A model generated the notes under the pieces. The model saw only the letters and a list, made by a program, of their open reading frames with translations, was not told the origin of the DNA and ran no database searches. Shown piece after piece: positions 11,442 to 22,387 of a stretch of DNA of 64,000 bases (within the stretch, counting starts at the first letter, position 1; the number at the start of each line of letters is the position of its first letter). The position numbers were made by a program, and so were the translations under genes. Origin of the DNA: an uncultured archaeon (GTDB lineage: Archaea; Thermoproteota; Bathyarchaeia; Bathyarchaeales; Bathycorpusculaceae); the NCBI GenBank assembly GCA_963782915.1, contig CAWALK010000025.1:1-64000 (forward strand). The letters are read 5' to 3'.

Positions 11442-12759
11442 GTGTCCCAAAAAGCCAGTGTGAATAACTTTTACACGTCAGCTACTGTAACAGCTGCCGA
11501 CGCCAGCTCCCAAATCCCCACTTGCCCCAATCAATGCCCACCCTCAACGAAAATTTACCGCGATGGCCTGCGTTATAACGAGGATGGTTCTGTAGTACAG
11601 CGCTGGCTATGTACCCACTGTGGGCAGCGTTTTTCTAACAAGGATTTAAAAAGCAACGCCACCTTAACTAATTCTTGCCAAATATGCGCCAAAGGAGCGA
11701 AAAATTTGCACGTGCCGATTAGAAAGCATGTCGGCGCGGGAGTACTCACTGACGAGACTAAAGCTTTGATTACGGTGTTCGAGGGCTGGCTACAAAAAGA
11801 AGGTTACGCTGAAAGTCGATATCCAAAAAATCTAAAGACACTGGTATATCTCGGTGCTGACTTAGAGAATCCTGAAGATGTCAAAGAAAAACTAGGCGAT
11901 CACAAAATCAAAAACGGTGCAAAGCTGCAGTATGTCTATGCTTACGAAGCTTTCCTAAAAATGCAATAAAAGACTTGGGACAGCCCACATTACAAGCAAG
12001 AAGAGACTATTCCTTTTATTCCAGAAGAAAGCGAATTAGATCAATTGATTGCTGCTGCTCAGAGTCGACGTATGGCTGCCTATTTGCAGACACTTAAGGA
12101 AACTTTCGCTGATCCAGGTGAAGGCTTAGAGATAGAGCGCAGAGACATTTCAGGAAACACTATCACGATTAATCATCCAGTAAAGGGACATAGACCACGC
12201 GTGCTTCAAGTTTCTAACAAGTTGATTGCCATGATAAATTCACTGCCAAATAATTCAGACCTTGTCTTCAATACAACCTACCATTCGATGTGCGACAGTT
12301 ACATACGTCTTAAGAGGCGTGTTGCTCAGGCTACCAAAAACGAACGCATAAACTATATTGAATTAAGGACTTTCAGGCATTGGGGCGGTACCATGATTGC
12401 AGAACTGTCAAACGGTAACGTGCTTAACTGTAATGAGAATGCTGGGTCACAAACGCGTCGAAAACAGCATGAAATACATCAACATCTATATGCTAAAGTT
12501 CAGAAAAGAAACAGACTACGACGTTTTAACGGTCTCTACACCTGACGAAATTAAGGCGGCTATTGCAGGCGGCTGGGAATTGGTTTGTGAGAAGTTTGGC
12601 TTAATGTATTTCCGCCGCGTGAAGCGAATATCTTTTGCCGGAACACCGATTAATGAGCGCAATTCTTCCGAAATTCCCGTAATCAAACAAACCACACAGA
12701 ATCTCCCGATAGAAACCACGATTAGTAAACGAAAAACCGATATCATAAGCTTAAAATAA
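11442..12759 (+). mobile_element. tyrosine recombinase/integrase with N-terminal zinc ribbon; in-frame TAA at 11967 and one frameshift
   Basis: CP..C...QRWLCTHCGQRF ribbon; PFIPEESELDQLI; RTFRHW, LGHK, MKY motifs. Confidence 0.8.
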
Positions 12760-12813
12760 TTGGAGGACTGATGTGTTAACCAATTTCAAAATTAGGTAAG
12801 AATAATAGAAGGA

Positions 12814-14127
12814 ATGAAAATGAGCAAACAAGAAGGAAAACCCCACCTAAACATCATCATCATGGGGCACGTTGACAACGGTAAATCCACAACCACTGGA
12901 CACTTACTTTACCTAGCAGGCGTTATTGACCAACGAACAATCGATGCTTACAAAGAAGAAGCCGAAAAAATGGGCAAAGCCACTTTCCACTTCGCTTGGG
13001 TTCTAGACAACCTTAAGGAAGAAAGAGAACGTGGTGTCACCATTGACCTTCGATTCCTACAATTCCCAACCAAGAAATACAACATGACCGTCATCGATGC
13101 ACCTGGCCACAGAGACTTCATCAAAAACATGATTACAGGCGCAAGCCAAGCTGACGCAGCAGTCCTCTTCAGTTCAGCCAAGAAAGGCGAATTCGAAGCA
13201 GGCATCGGCGCAGGTGGCCAAACAAGAGAGCACGCTTTCCTTGCATTCACTTTGGGTATTCGTCAAATAATCGTTGCAATTAACAAGATGGACGCAGACA
13301 CAGTTAACTGGAGCCAAGACCGCTACACCGAAATGAAGAATGAAATCACAAGAATGCTAAAAATGATCGGCTACAAGACTGAGAAAATCCAGTTCGTACC
13401 AGTCTCAGGCTGGACAGGTGACAACCTACTCAAGAGAAGCGAAAAGATGCCATGGTACACTGGCCCAACTCTAATGGAATCATTCGACCTACTTGAATTG
13501 CCAGCAAAACCAACCAACAAACCACTCCGTATCCCAATCCAAGACGTCTACAGCATCACAGGCATCGGCACAGTCCCAGTCGGCAGAGTCGAAACAGGTA
13601 TACTAAAACCAGGAACAAACCTAGTCTTCATGCCATCCAACAAGACCGCTGAAGTCAAATCCATCGAAATGCACCACACCAACATCCCAATGGCAGAACC
13701 AGGCGACAACATCGGCATGAACGTCAGAGGCATCTCAAAGACTGATGTTCACCGCGGAGACGTTGCAGGTCCAGTTGATAACCCACCAACCGTTGCAAAA
13801 GAATTCATCGGCCAAATCATCATCATCTACCACCCAACAGCAATCGCAGCAGGATACACACCAGTACTCCACTACCACACAGGCCAAATCGCAGTCAAAT
13901 TCACTGAACTGATCAAGAAAATCGATCCACGCACAGGCCAAGTATCCGAAGAGCACCCAAGTTTCCTAAAGACAGGAGACGCAGCTTGGGTCCGCATGGA
14001 ACCACTCCACCCAATCGCCATCGAAGCATTCACTGACTTTGCAGAACTCGGCAGATTCGCAATCCGAGACATGGGCACAACTGTCGCAGCAGGCGCAGTC
14101 AAAGAAGTCACCAAAAAGGGTCCATAA
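12814..14127 (+). CDS. tuf: translation elongation factor EF-1 alpha
   Basis: GHVDNGKST, EERERGVTID, DAPGHRDF, NKMD, GRFAIRDMG. Confidence 0.98.
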   Translation: MKMSKQEGKPHLNIIIMGHVDNGKSTTTGHLLYLAGVIDQRTIDAYKEEAEKMGKATFHFAWVLDNLKEERERGVTIDLRFLQFPTKKYNMTVIDAPGHRDFIKNMITGASQADAAVLFSSAKKGEFEAGIGAGGQTREHAFLAFTLGIRQIIVAINKMDADTVNWSQDRYTEMKNEITRMLKMIGYKTEKIQFVPVSGWTGDNLLKRSEKMPWYTGPTLMESFDLLELPAKPTNKPLRIPIQDVYSITGIGTVPVGRVETGILKPGTNLVFMPSNKTAEVKSIEMHHTNIPMAEPGDNIGMNVRGISKTDVHRGDVAGPVDNPPTVAKEFIGQIIIIYHPTAIAAGYTPVLHYHTGQIAVKFTELIKKIDPRTGQVSEEHPSFLKTGDAAWVRMEPLHPIAIEAFTDFAELGRFAIRDMGTTVAAGAVKEVTKKGP

Positions 14128-14130
14128 ACC

Positions 14131-14160
14131 CCTTTCATTTTATTTTTTGTTTTATTTTTT
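14131..14160 (+). terminator. oligo-T archaeal terminator after tuf
   Basis: cctttcattttattttttgttttatttttt directly after the stop. Confidence 0.6.
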
Positions 14161-14286
14161 AGCCATTTTAAGTGCATTTTATTTCTTGTGAGCGTTTTCT
14201 CTGCTTGTTTTGGAGTTGTTGCATCGTCGATACAGTCACAACGTCATATATGCCATGCTGATGAGTGACAACGTAAGGTGTGGCAT

Positions 14287-14427
14287 ATGGATTATCCAAA
14301 TGGAAAAACAGGTTACTCCAAAAGAGACGAAGGCGGCAAATGTGAGCCTGTATCGTTGAAGGAAGTACCTCTGGAAGTTAGGCGAGAAGAAGCCAAAAAA
14401 CCGCTTTTCCTAACAAGGTACGAATAA
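14287..14427 (+). CDS. hypothetical 46-aa protein
   Basis: MDYPNGKTGYSKRDEGGKCEPVSLKEVPLEVRREEAKKPLFLTRYE with AAGGTG upstream. Confidence 0.45.
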   Translation: MDYPNGKTGYSKRDEGGKCEPVSLKEVPLEVRREEAKKPLFLTRYE

Positions 14428-14554
14428 TCAGCTTCTTTCTCTCAGCAAATTTTCACTTGACGTGGCTTTTTGTTATAGCCAGCGTTAATTCAAAAAACCT
14501 TAAATCCAAACCACCCAATATCACCGCTTAGATGAAAAGAAAACAAGTGGTTGA

Positions 14555-15537
14555 TTGGGTGTTTCTATGACTAATATTAAACTGATAGGTCTGCTCGTAG
14601 CAGTCCTTATAATTTCAAGCTGTACCTCTATAGCTTCCTCTACGTTACCTTTGACAAATAATGGCGATGTTTCCTATACTCCATTGGCTACTAATTCTCC
14701 CTTTCCTTTTCCGACTCCAACACCTATACCAACTCCTACACCTGAGCCAACCGCTACTCCAATCCCAACGCCTCGACCCGAACCTCACACTTGGCCTACC
14801 TTAACGATCCAGTGCACAACCACCGCACCAGAAAGCAACCTCAAAGCCCAAGTCTCCGGCACCTCTAAGCTACAATAAAACCGGCATCCCAAACGCACCC
14901 ATATACGTTGGTTACAGCGCTGATTGCGGACTCAACTGGACGGATTTTAGTCTTGTACAATACCCGCAGCGACGGCACCTTTGAAACCCTTTGGACACCT
15001 AACGCAACAGGCAATTACATGCTAAAAGCCTACTGGGACGGAAACAGCACACTGCACTGGTTAAACAGCACCGTAAACCTCGCATTAATTCCCGATTCAG
15101 CAGGCAACGTATTCTCGGTTGTATCAAACTCAACCGTATCCAATTTCGCCTATAACTCTACAACTCAGGAACTCAGCTTCAACACCAACGGAACCCAAAG
15201 CACAACAGGATACGCCAACATTTGCATTCCAAAAGCCCTCATAGACGACATACAAACCCTGCAAGTTAGCAAAGACGGGCAACCGATTGCGTTTGGCACA
15301 GAATCCAAGGACACTGTGTGGGTTATCTCCTGCGTTTATACCCAAAGCGAACATGCTTTCATGGCGCAGATACCTTTCCTGCAGATGCTCAGCCCAACAA
15401 CGTATCCATGGATAGCCATCGTCATAGCCATAGCCGCATTAATCGCCGTAGTAGCCATCTTGGTGGTTGTTAGACGAAGACGCAAAACCGCCGCAACAGT
15501 TGCATCTATCCTAAAACAGAACCGCCCCCTAAACTAA
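14555..15537 (+). CDS. secreted surface protein with Pro/Thr linker and C-terminal TM anchor (frameshifted)
   Basis: Signal peptide, PTPTP repeats, beta-rich body, TM followed by RRRRK. Confidence 0.7.
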
Positions 15538-15950
15538 GGGTTTACTGACTGACAGAGAGCCCCAAAATAGTGGCGATTCTTACAAATCCCCTTAGAATGT
15601 AGCCGTAGGTTATTATGCTCTGAGGGGGGCAACTTGGATATTTCTCTGCTTTTTGTGGCGAGGGATTGCTTATTATGGTTGGTCAGGGGGTTTGTGCCAG
15701 ATTTGTATTGTTTTGTCACTGATCTCTTGTGGGATTCTTAGGTAAACTCAACATGCCTCCACAGCCACATCACGGTCGTCTCTACATGGAACCATGTTGG
15801 GCGTGTGGAGAAAAACTCTTATCCCACACCCAAACAGACGCCAAAAAACGTTGCAACAACAAAAAGCAGTCCAGCCCCCACAAACGAGTCTCTGTGATAA
15901 ATTAAAAATCTGCCACCCCACATAGAAGACAAAGAAAACAGTTCTGCTTC

Positions 15951-15995
15951 TTTTCTCATACAGGGAGAGAAAAGGTCCGGCAAAGCAACAGAGCC
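15951..15995 (-). repeat. dispersed intergenic repeat, copy 1
   Basis: Reverse complement ggctctgttgctttgccggaccttttctctccctgtatgagaaaa. Confidence 0.55.
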
Positions 15996-16106
15996 TCAAT
16001 ACGACAAATCAATCGGGTTTCTGGATGCAACGCATGAGAAAACCCACTTAAGCGATAAAAACATAAACCCACGCATCGCATATCCAGTAGCAAAGAGTGC
16101 ACCCCA

Positions 16107-16869
16107 ATGTCTGGATAACGAAACGCTTGTGCCCTTCATCGGCGAAAAGAAACCGAAAGGTGAAGAACCAACCATCATCATGGATAGCCGCGAAGCAAGC
16201 AGCGCCAAAAAAATTGCCGCAGGCTTAACCGAGAAAGGCGCCACAGTGAAAACCCAGATGCTGGAAAAAGGCGACTACATCCTTAGCGACCAATGCGCTG
16301 TGGAGCGGAAAACCGTCAACGACTTCGTCTACACCTTAACACGGCGCTACCTTTTCGAGCAGCTCTTCCGACTAAAAGATGTCTACCCCAAATCACTCAT
16401 CGTACTCGAAGGCTACATGCCAGTCATCTACAAGTACAGCAGCATCTCGCCAGCCTCCATTTGGGGCGCCATGTTTAACCTGGCAAAAAACGGCATATCA
16501 ATCGTCAACACCTCCAACCAGAAAGAAACCGTGGATTTCCTCTACACCGCCGCAAAACAGGAGCAGATTGTAGAGAAACGCAGCGCAATAGTGCATGCAT
16601 TCAAAAAATGCGATACACTCTCGGATGCTCAGGTGTATTTTGTCGCGAGTCTGCCAAGTATTGGCCGCGAGAAGGCAATGGCGATTTTGGATTCTTATCA
16701 GACTCCGCTTAATGCGTTGATTAATGTGGATGATTGGGAAAAAGCTGTGCATGGGTTGGGTCCGGTGATTACTAACCGCGTGAAGGATGTTATCAATACA
16801 CCCTATAAGGCTAACAAAGAAAAAGATAACGCGCAAAAAGATGAGGAATGCACTGAATCCCCGCCTTAA
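16107..16869 (+). CDS. xpf: ERCC4-domain structure-specific nuclease (short XPF type)
   Basis: IMDSRE, GDY, AVERKT..DF, LEG, HhH motifs LPSIGREKA and VHGLG; start approximate. Confidence 0.88.
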
Positions 16870-16924
16870 TAGAGCGGTTGAGTTAGGAAAAAATTAAAAG
16901 CACAACCCTCAGCTAAAGCGATGT

Positions 16925-17464
16925 ATGGATAAACTCCGCTTGGCGCTCACAGTTCTCTCTGCCGCAATTCTTCTTGTTCCACTGGCTGGCATAGTTTGCC
17001 TCTACAGCAACAACATAACAGGATTGGTTTATACTCCTGAACTTAAAAATTTTGTAAACGGCGACATATCCCAATCGCAGTTTCAGCGTCCAGTACCCGC
17101 AGGAAACCCCACTTATGATGAAGCCAGTGGCGTCTACACTTTCTCTTTCAAATTCACTAATCCCTTGGAAAATGAGATTTCTGTTTCAAAAATCTCCGCT
17201 GACGTATACTGTAAAGATCATGATGTAGCGTTGGGGGCTGTTCGCATTGATGAATCAATCTCGATTCAACCCGGAGAAACCGTAACCATCAATGCCCATG
17301 GCACCTGGACCACGCAGGCGCTTGCCCATTTCGCCACATACCACAACGGCCCAGATGACGATGACATCAACGTTTCCTTCAGGGATCTAAACGTGGATTT
17401 GGCCGGTATCCAGATTTATATGGCTGAATTGGAGGATGCCGGCTGGGTTATGATGCCGAGGTGA
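16925..17464 (+). CDS. membrane-anchored hypothetical protein
   Basis: N-terminal TM, FTNPLEN beta-rich domain. Confidence 0.65.
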   Translation: MDKLRLALTVLSAAILLVPLAGIVCLYSNNITGLVYTPELKNFVNGDISQSQFQRPVPAGNPTYDEASGVYTFSFKFTNPLENEISVSKISADVYCKDHDVALGAVRIDESISIQPGETVTINAHGTWTTQALAHFATYHNGPDDDDINVSFRDLNVDLAGIQIYMAELEDAGWVMMPR

Positions 17465-17468
17465 TGCT

Positions 17469-18029
17469 ATGAATCGTGTGGTTAACTGGTATGGGTTTGC
17501 TGCTGGCGTATTAACCGTTGTGGTATTGGTTATTTCGCTGTTTATTCCTTGGTGGCAGCTCACTGTTGGGGATAATTTGATGAAGGTTAATGCTTCGCCG
17601 GTTAACACAAACTTTGGGTTATTCGGCACCAATTTCACGTTGCCGCTGCTCTATGCACTCAACATCGTGAGTGTATTAACGTTTAGCACCAGCGGACTTA
17701 TCATGCTCTTTTATTCAATAAACCCCACTAAAGCCTATGCGAAGCAGCTGCTGGGTTTCTCGTATAAGAAACCGCTGTTTTCACTGGTGACTTTCCTCTC
17801 AAGCCTGCTAATTATAACTTCGATTGCAAGTTTGCTCAACATCAACATTCCCTTGTTGGGTTCGTCTACGATGACTGTTCCGGCGAGTGTAGCGTTGGGT
17901 GTACAGATAAATGCGTCGGTTTCAGGGAGTTTCCAGTTGCCGTTTTATCTTGCCATCGCAACAGCGGTGCTTTGTATTGTTGCAAGGTTGCGTCACGAAA
18001 AAGTAATCGCAAAAGCGGCTAAAGTGTAG
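17469..18029 (+). CDS. multi-pass membrane protein
   Basis: About 4 hydrophobic segments; 4 bp from upstream gene. Confidence 0.65.
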   Translation: MNRVVNWYGFAAGVLTVVVLVISLFIPWWQLTVGDNLMKVNASPVNTNFGLFGTNFTLPLLYALNIVSVLTFSTSGLIMLFYSINPTKAYAKQLLGFSYKKPLFSLVTFLSSLLIITSIASLLNINIPLLGSSTMTVPASVALGVQINASVSGSFQLPFYLAIATAVLCIVARLRHEKVIAKAAKV

Positions 18030-18112
18030 TTGATTTTTTCTCAATCCCCTCTTTTAAGTTAGACTCCTAAAGCATTTGCTGCGATGCAAGAGCCGCCCTC
18101 CTTAGAAGGAGC

Positions 18113-18150
18113 CTTTGCTGCTCTGACCGACCCCCTCCCCTATATATAGA
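18113..18150 (+). repeat. dispersed intergenic repeat, copy 2
   Basis: ctttgctgctctgaccgaccccctcccctatatataga. Confidence 0.6.
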
Positions 18151-18241
18151 TTCAAGCGCGGGTTCAACCCTCCAGACCGCTAAAGTTAAAGCCAACCCAA
18201 CAAATACATAAAACGCACCAGCCGAAAAAACGACTTATCGT

Positions 18242-18319
18242 GGGGCCATCGGCTAGCTTGGTCCAGGCTTGTAGCCTCGGGCGCTATAGACACGAGTTCA
18301 AATCTCGTTGGCCCCACCA
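18242..18319 (+). tRNA. tRNA-Pro(CGG)
   Basis: Acceptor GGGGCCA/TGGCCCC, anticodon arm GTAGC-CTCGGGC-GCTAT, T arm ACGAG-TTCAAAT-CTCGT, encoded CCA. Confidence 0.95.
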
Positions 18320-18335
18320 CTTCATTGCACAGTAA

Positions 18336-19232
18336 ATGTTTTCTATACCTACCCTCACATTACAGGGTATGACCGCTGTCGCCCGAATCAACCCAAACGT
18401 AAAAATCACTCAAATGACAAAACTCGAGTTCCAAACTGTCGTTGACTGGGCCAAAACCGAAGGCTGGATCCCCGGCATCCACGACATAGACAGCTTCTAT
18501 GACACTGATCCAACAGGTTTCTATGCTGCAAGAATGGGCGGCGAAATAGTAGGCACCTTCTCCGTAGTTAAATACTCAGCAAATTATGCGTTTGCAGGCT
18601 TCTTTATTGTTCGCCCAGACTGGCGGGGCAAAGGAGTTGGGTTGGCAATACAGCACTTCATAGACACACAATTTGCGAGCTTTAATGTGGGTATTGACGG
18701 CGTCTTAGCAATGCAAGAAAAATACTCCCATGTGGGCTACAAGTTTGCCTACGGAAACGAGCGGTATGGCGGAATCGCCAAAGTCGGTGAATTAGATGGT
18801 AAATGCCGCACAATTTCAGCGGGCGACTTTGACAGCATCGTCCAGTTTGATGCCAAGTTCTTCCCAACTGAACGAAAAAAATTCTTAAAATTGTGGCTTA
18901 CTCAAAAAGATGCAACTGCACTGATGGCTAAAGATGATGAGGGTAAACTTTGCGGGTATGGTGTGGTGCGTAAGTGTTTTCAAGGCAACAGAATTGGGCC
19001 TCTCTTTGCAGAGACACCCCAAACGGCTAAACGGCTACTCGATTCTCTTGCTGCGTCTGTGGCTGGTCAAGAGTTCTTTATTGACGTGCCCACAGTGAAT
19101 GCCGCCGCTCTACAGTTGGCTTTGTCTAAGGGTATGAAGTCGGTCTTTACTACTGCAAGAATGTACACCAAGCAGGCGCCTAATTTGCCGCTGGAAAAAA
19201 TTTACGGCGTAACCTCGGTTGAATTAGGCTAA
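18336..19232 (+). CDS. GNAT family N-acetyltransferase (two-domain, YitH-like)
   Basis: EGWIPG..D, FIVRPDWRGKGVG, RIGPLFA, TARMY. Confidence 0.88.
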   Translation: MFSIPTLTLQGMTAVARINPNVKITQMTKLEFQTVVDWAKTEGWIPGIHDIDSFYDTDPTGFYAARMGGEIVGTFSVVKYSANYAFAGFFIVRPDWRGKGVGLAIQHFIDTQFASFNVGIDGVLAMQEKYSHVGYKFAYGNERYGGIAKVGELDGKCRTISAGDFDSIVQFDAKFFPTERKKFLKLWLTQKDATALMAKDDEGKLCGYGVVRKCFQGNRIGPLFAETPQTAKRLLDSLAASVAGQEFFIDVPTVNAAALQLALSKGMKSVFTTARMYTKQAPNLPLEKIYGVTSVELG

Positions 19233-19269
19233 ACGGCAATTTGAAACCCTAATTCAGGTTACCCTAACT

Positions 19270-19308
19270 CTATAGACCTCTGGTTCAAATCCGGGGCCGT
19301 CCCCACCA
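19270..19308 (+). pseudogene. degenerate tRNA-Pro-like 3' half (att-like)
   Basis: ctatagac-ctctgg-ttcaaat-ccgggg-ccgtcccc-acca. Confidence 0.7.
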
Positions 19309-20546
19309 ACTGCCTTAATGATCTACATGAGTATTCAAAATTTTTAAATAAACAACAGTTGAAATAAGCTAATAGAATTAACTTGAATCTAAAAATAAAG
19401 ATAGGCAAAACAAGTTGGGCAGTACTATCTGTTGCTATTGTATCGCTGATACTTTGCATAATTGCCTTTGCTTCTGGTAAACACATATCTCTTCCATTGC
19501 TTGTTTTTTATTTCTTTTCTTTTATGTTTTTTACGAAAGATTAAAGGAAATTAAGAATAGTCGCTATGATGTAGCACAGAGAAATCTATTGAATGGTAAT
19601 AGATTTAAACCAGAATTTGATAAATATGAAATTACCCTATTTACCATAATGTTATCCATTCTCATTGTTGTTGATGTACAATTTGATGGACCTTATCAAC
19701 ATGAACCTTTTTCCTTTGACTATTGTAGTTGGTGCTTTATTGCTAATTGGCATTGCTTATCATATTGATAGAAAGAATGATTGGAAGAAAGAACAACAAA
19801 CACTCATGCGTTCTACGCTCCCAAACTAAGCTCTTCAGCGCCAATAAAGGGTAATGCTACGAAGGGTTTTAATTGTGTGTACAAGCAAAGCCGTAAGTCG
19901 TTAGAAGCTTTGTGTGCCCAGCAACTGTCTTCGACTAGACTATGCATAAATAAAATCTCAGGTTTTTGATTGCCTCTACAAAATTAGCATTCCCATGCGA
20001 GCAATCAATTACCGCTTAATTCAGCAATTTAGTATTCGACAATAAATCTCGTTCCACAGGTATCACATTGGTAAGATGCCAACTTAAAGCACGCATTCTC
20101 AAGCCTTCTTGAAGGCTCGTTTAGATTGTGAGCATATTTTGGACAGGAAACCAAAAAATCACCGACAAACCAAACTATAGTGGGATACTTGGAAATTCGT
20201 TTGTGCGTCTTGTACTTTACAACAACTAACTGCGCTTGGTTTTACCACTCAGACTTGCCTCGCTATACCAAGCGAGCCCTCATCTAAACAGAATACCCAA
20301 GAAAATTATCTCTAAGCGAACCAAGCCGTGCGTTAACAAAGAAGCGGCTAAAAATAGCAGGTGTTGTTGCCTTCTCCTTGGTTAACAGCGAGACCCGCCT
20401 AACTTGTTGGCTATCCCTTGCATTCCTTACAACAGCTAACCTGTTTTGGTGATATAAGGAAATGTGGTTGCACAGTGATGCAACAATATTCCCCTGGTTC
20501 TGCTTAGAAATGAAGACTAATATGCTTCCTAAACAATTTTCTGAGT

Positions 20547-20587
20547 CTCGGGCGTTAATGCCCGTTTCGAATCCGGCGGAGCCACCA
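20547..20587 (+). pseudogene. degenerate tRNA-Pro-like 3' half including anticodon loop
   Basis: ctcgggcg...cccgt-ttcgaat-ccgg-cggagcc-acca. Confidence 0.55.
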
Positions 20588-20607
20588 AATTCGTTTTCTG
20601 AGAGTTA

Positions 20608-21144
20608 TTATTTTACTAAAGAATAATGAACTTGCACAATGCCTGATTTGTAGGAAATTACTTCCCGAAGCCTTAGCTTAAATTCCCTATCTAACGTCGA
20701 AAACAAAGAGACTTCCCCTCCTAAAAGAATCGGTACAATGAATAAGCAGAGTTCATCCATAAGTCCTGCCTTGAGAAAACTTGAGACCACTTGACCGCCG
20801 CCCACAACATAGATGTTTTTATCGCTTTCTTTTCTGATTTTTTCAACTAAGGCTTCAGGTTCGCCGCTAAAGAATTCAACCTCAGCATCAGGCACATTTA
20901 GAAAATGCTGCCGGCTCAAAACATATGTTTTTAGTCCTCTTAGCAACCGTTCAGGATGCTCGAGTGATTGCTGATAGGTTCGAGAGCCCATTATTGCAGA
21001 ACCGACTGTGTTTATAAAAGCAGAATAGCCGTAATCCTCTTCTGGGGTTTGGTATGGTTCAAGCCAGGATATGTCATCGTTTTTACGGGCAATGTAACCA
21101 TCAAGGCTCATGGCGATGTAGAGAAGAACTTTAGCCGTTGCCAT
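20608..21144 (-). CDS. dihydrofolate reductase / RibD C-terminal family protein
   Basis: IAMSLDGYIA, IMGSRTY, VVGGG, DELCLFIVPILLG. Confidence 0.9.
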   Translation of the reverse strand: MATAKVLLYIAMSLDGYIARKNDDISWLEPYQTPEEDYGYSAFINTVGSAIMGSRTYQQSLEHPERLLRGLKTYVLSRQHFLNVPDAEVEFFSGEPEALVEKIRKESDKNIYVVGGGQVVSSFLKAGLMDELCLFIVPILLGGEVSLFSTLDREFKLRLREVISYKSGIVQVHYSLVK

Positions 21145-21591
21145 GGGTTATTTCTAGTGTAGATTTATTTCTTTAACTTTCTGGTAAAAGAGCACCTGGA
21201 TTCCAGATAGCCTGAGCTACCCCAATTAGGACTGTTATGGAATTTCTGTTTTATTGTCACGCAGAGCTAACCAACGCTTAAACTCTAGCCCAGTGCACTT
21301 TCCTTTCCCCATCCAGTTATCACCGTACTTCTGTTTGAGCTTTTCATTGTAGGACTCAAAAGTTTCACATTCGCTTACTTCTACGCTGACTTTTTTCTTC
21401 ACTATCTGTAGCTCCGGTTGCCGTTCTAATGGGGGTTCATTATAACTTCACTTGAAGGTAAGTAATTATTGTTTTCCTACAGATCACCCAAGCATGCTAA
21501 AAAACAGCCCTTGGTTTACTCATGCATACAATCGATTTTGCTTTAGCTTAAATACCAATAGACCGCATATCTAAACTGCGAGGTTATGTGT

Positions 21592-21651
21592 ATGGCGAAG
21601 GATAAGAGTCCTAAAAAAGAAGAAAAGAAACAACCAGCAAAGAAAAAGTAA
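21592..21651 (+). CDS. Lys-rich micropeptide (19 aa)
   Basis: MAKDKSPKKEEKKQPAKKK with TATA-like cttaaata, GAGGT and a T-rich tract downstream. Confidence 0.5.
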   Translation: MAKDKSPKKEEKKQPAKKK

Positions 21652-21752
21652 ACTTTTCTAGTAAACACTTTTTCTTCTCTTTTTTCCCAACCAAGAAAAC
21701 TTATGCGTTATCGGATGGACGATTGTTCGGTCCAAAACAGTGCTCTACTCTG

Positions 21753-22167
21753 TTACTTAACGGCATACACCTTGAACGTGTATTCGCCCGTTGCCATATT
21801 ATAGAGAGCTTCCGACCATCCTTTAGTTGTGTTGAGGTAGGATAGTTTTTGGGAGGGGGTTTGGAATGTTAGGTTTCCCTCTATTTTTCCGATTGGGGTG
21901 GGGTCGATGATTTTTCCGTTGGCTTTTCCCATTACGAAAATGGGTTCGCCATTGCTGAATATAATCGATTTGAGGTCAAGTTCGCTTATCCCCCCTGGCT
22001 TCATGAGAATGTTGTGCGTAGACATAATTTGACCTGTTATTTTGCCGCTGGCTTTTCCAGCAACAGTAATATCGAGCCTTGCACCTTGGGGGCTGAATTC
22101 GAGATTTTGACTGATGTGGTGTTTTCTTTACCTTCAAAAAGCAATTCTTTCTCCAAAAACAGTTCAC
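21753..22167 (-). CDS. hypothetical protein (frameshifted, 5' end uncertain)
   Basis: Overlapping ORFs on the same strand. Confidence 0.4.
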
Positions 22168-22387
22168 CTAACAGGTGGAACCTTAGTTGGTGTGTTAAGC
22201 TTTTGTGATTGTTGCTTATCTACGACAAACACAGCAGATCAAAAAGCATCATCGGATTCCACATTGAACAAAGAAGAGACCGCCCAGCCGCTGTGTTGTT
22301 GCCGGTTAACTATCACAACTTCTTAAATTAGGCAACGCTTTCCTGTTCAGTTAGGCAAGCAGTCGTCTTTTGGAGTTAAATGATTTT

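Noticed and set aside
14257-14290. CTGATGA as a hammerhead ribozyme core or C/D box
   Set aside because: No GAAA after a stem II and no matching D box.
21181-21225. tRNA-like words (ctggta...agagcacc; RC ggggtagctcag)
   Set aside because: Cannot be folded into tRNA arms on either strand.
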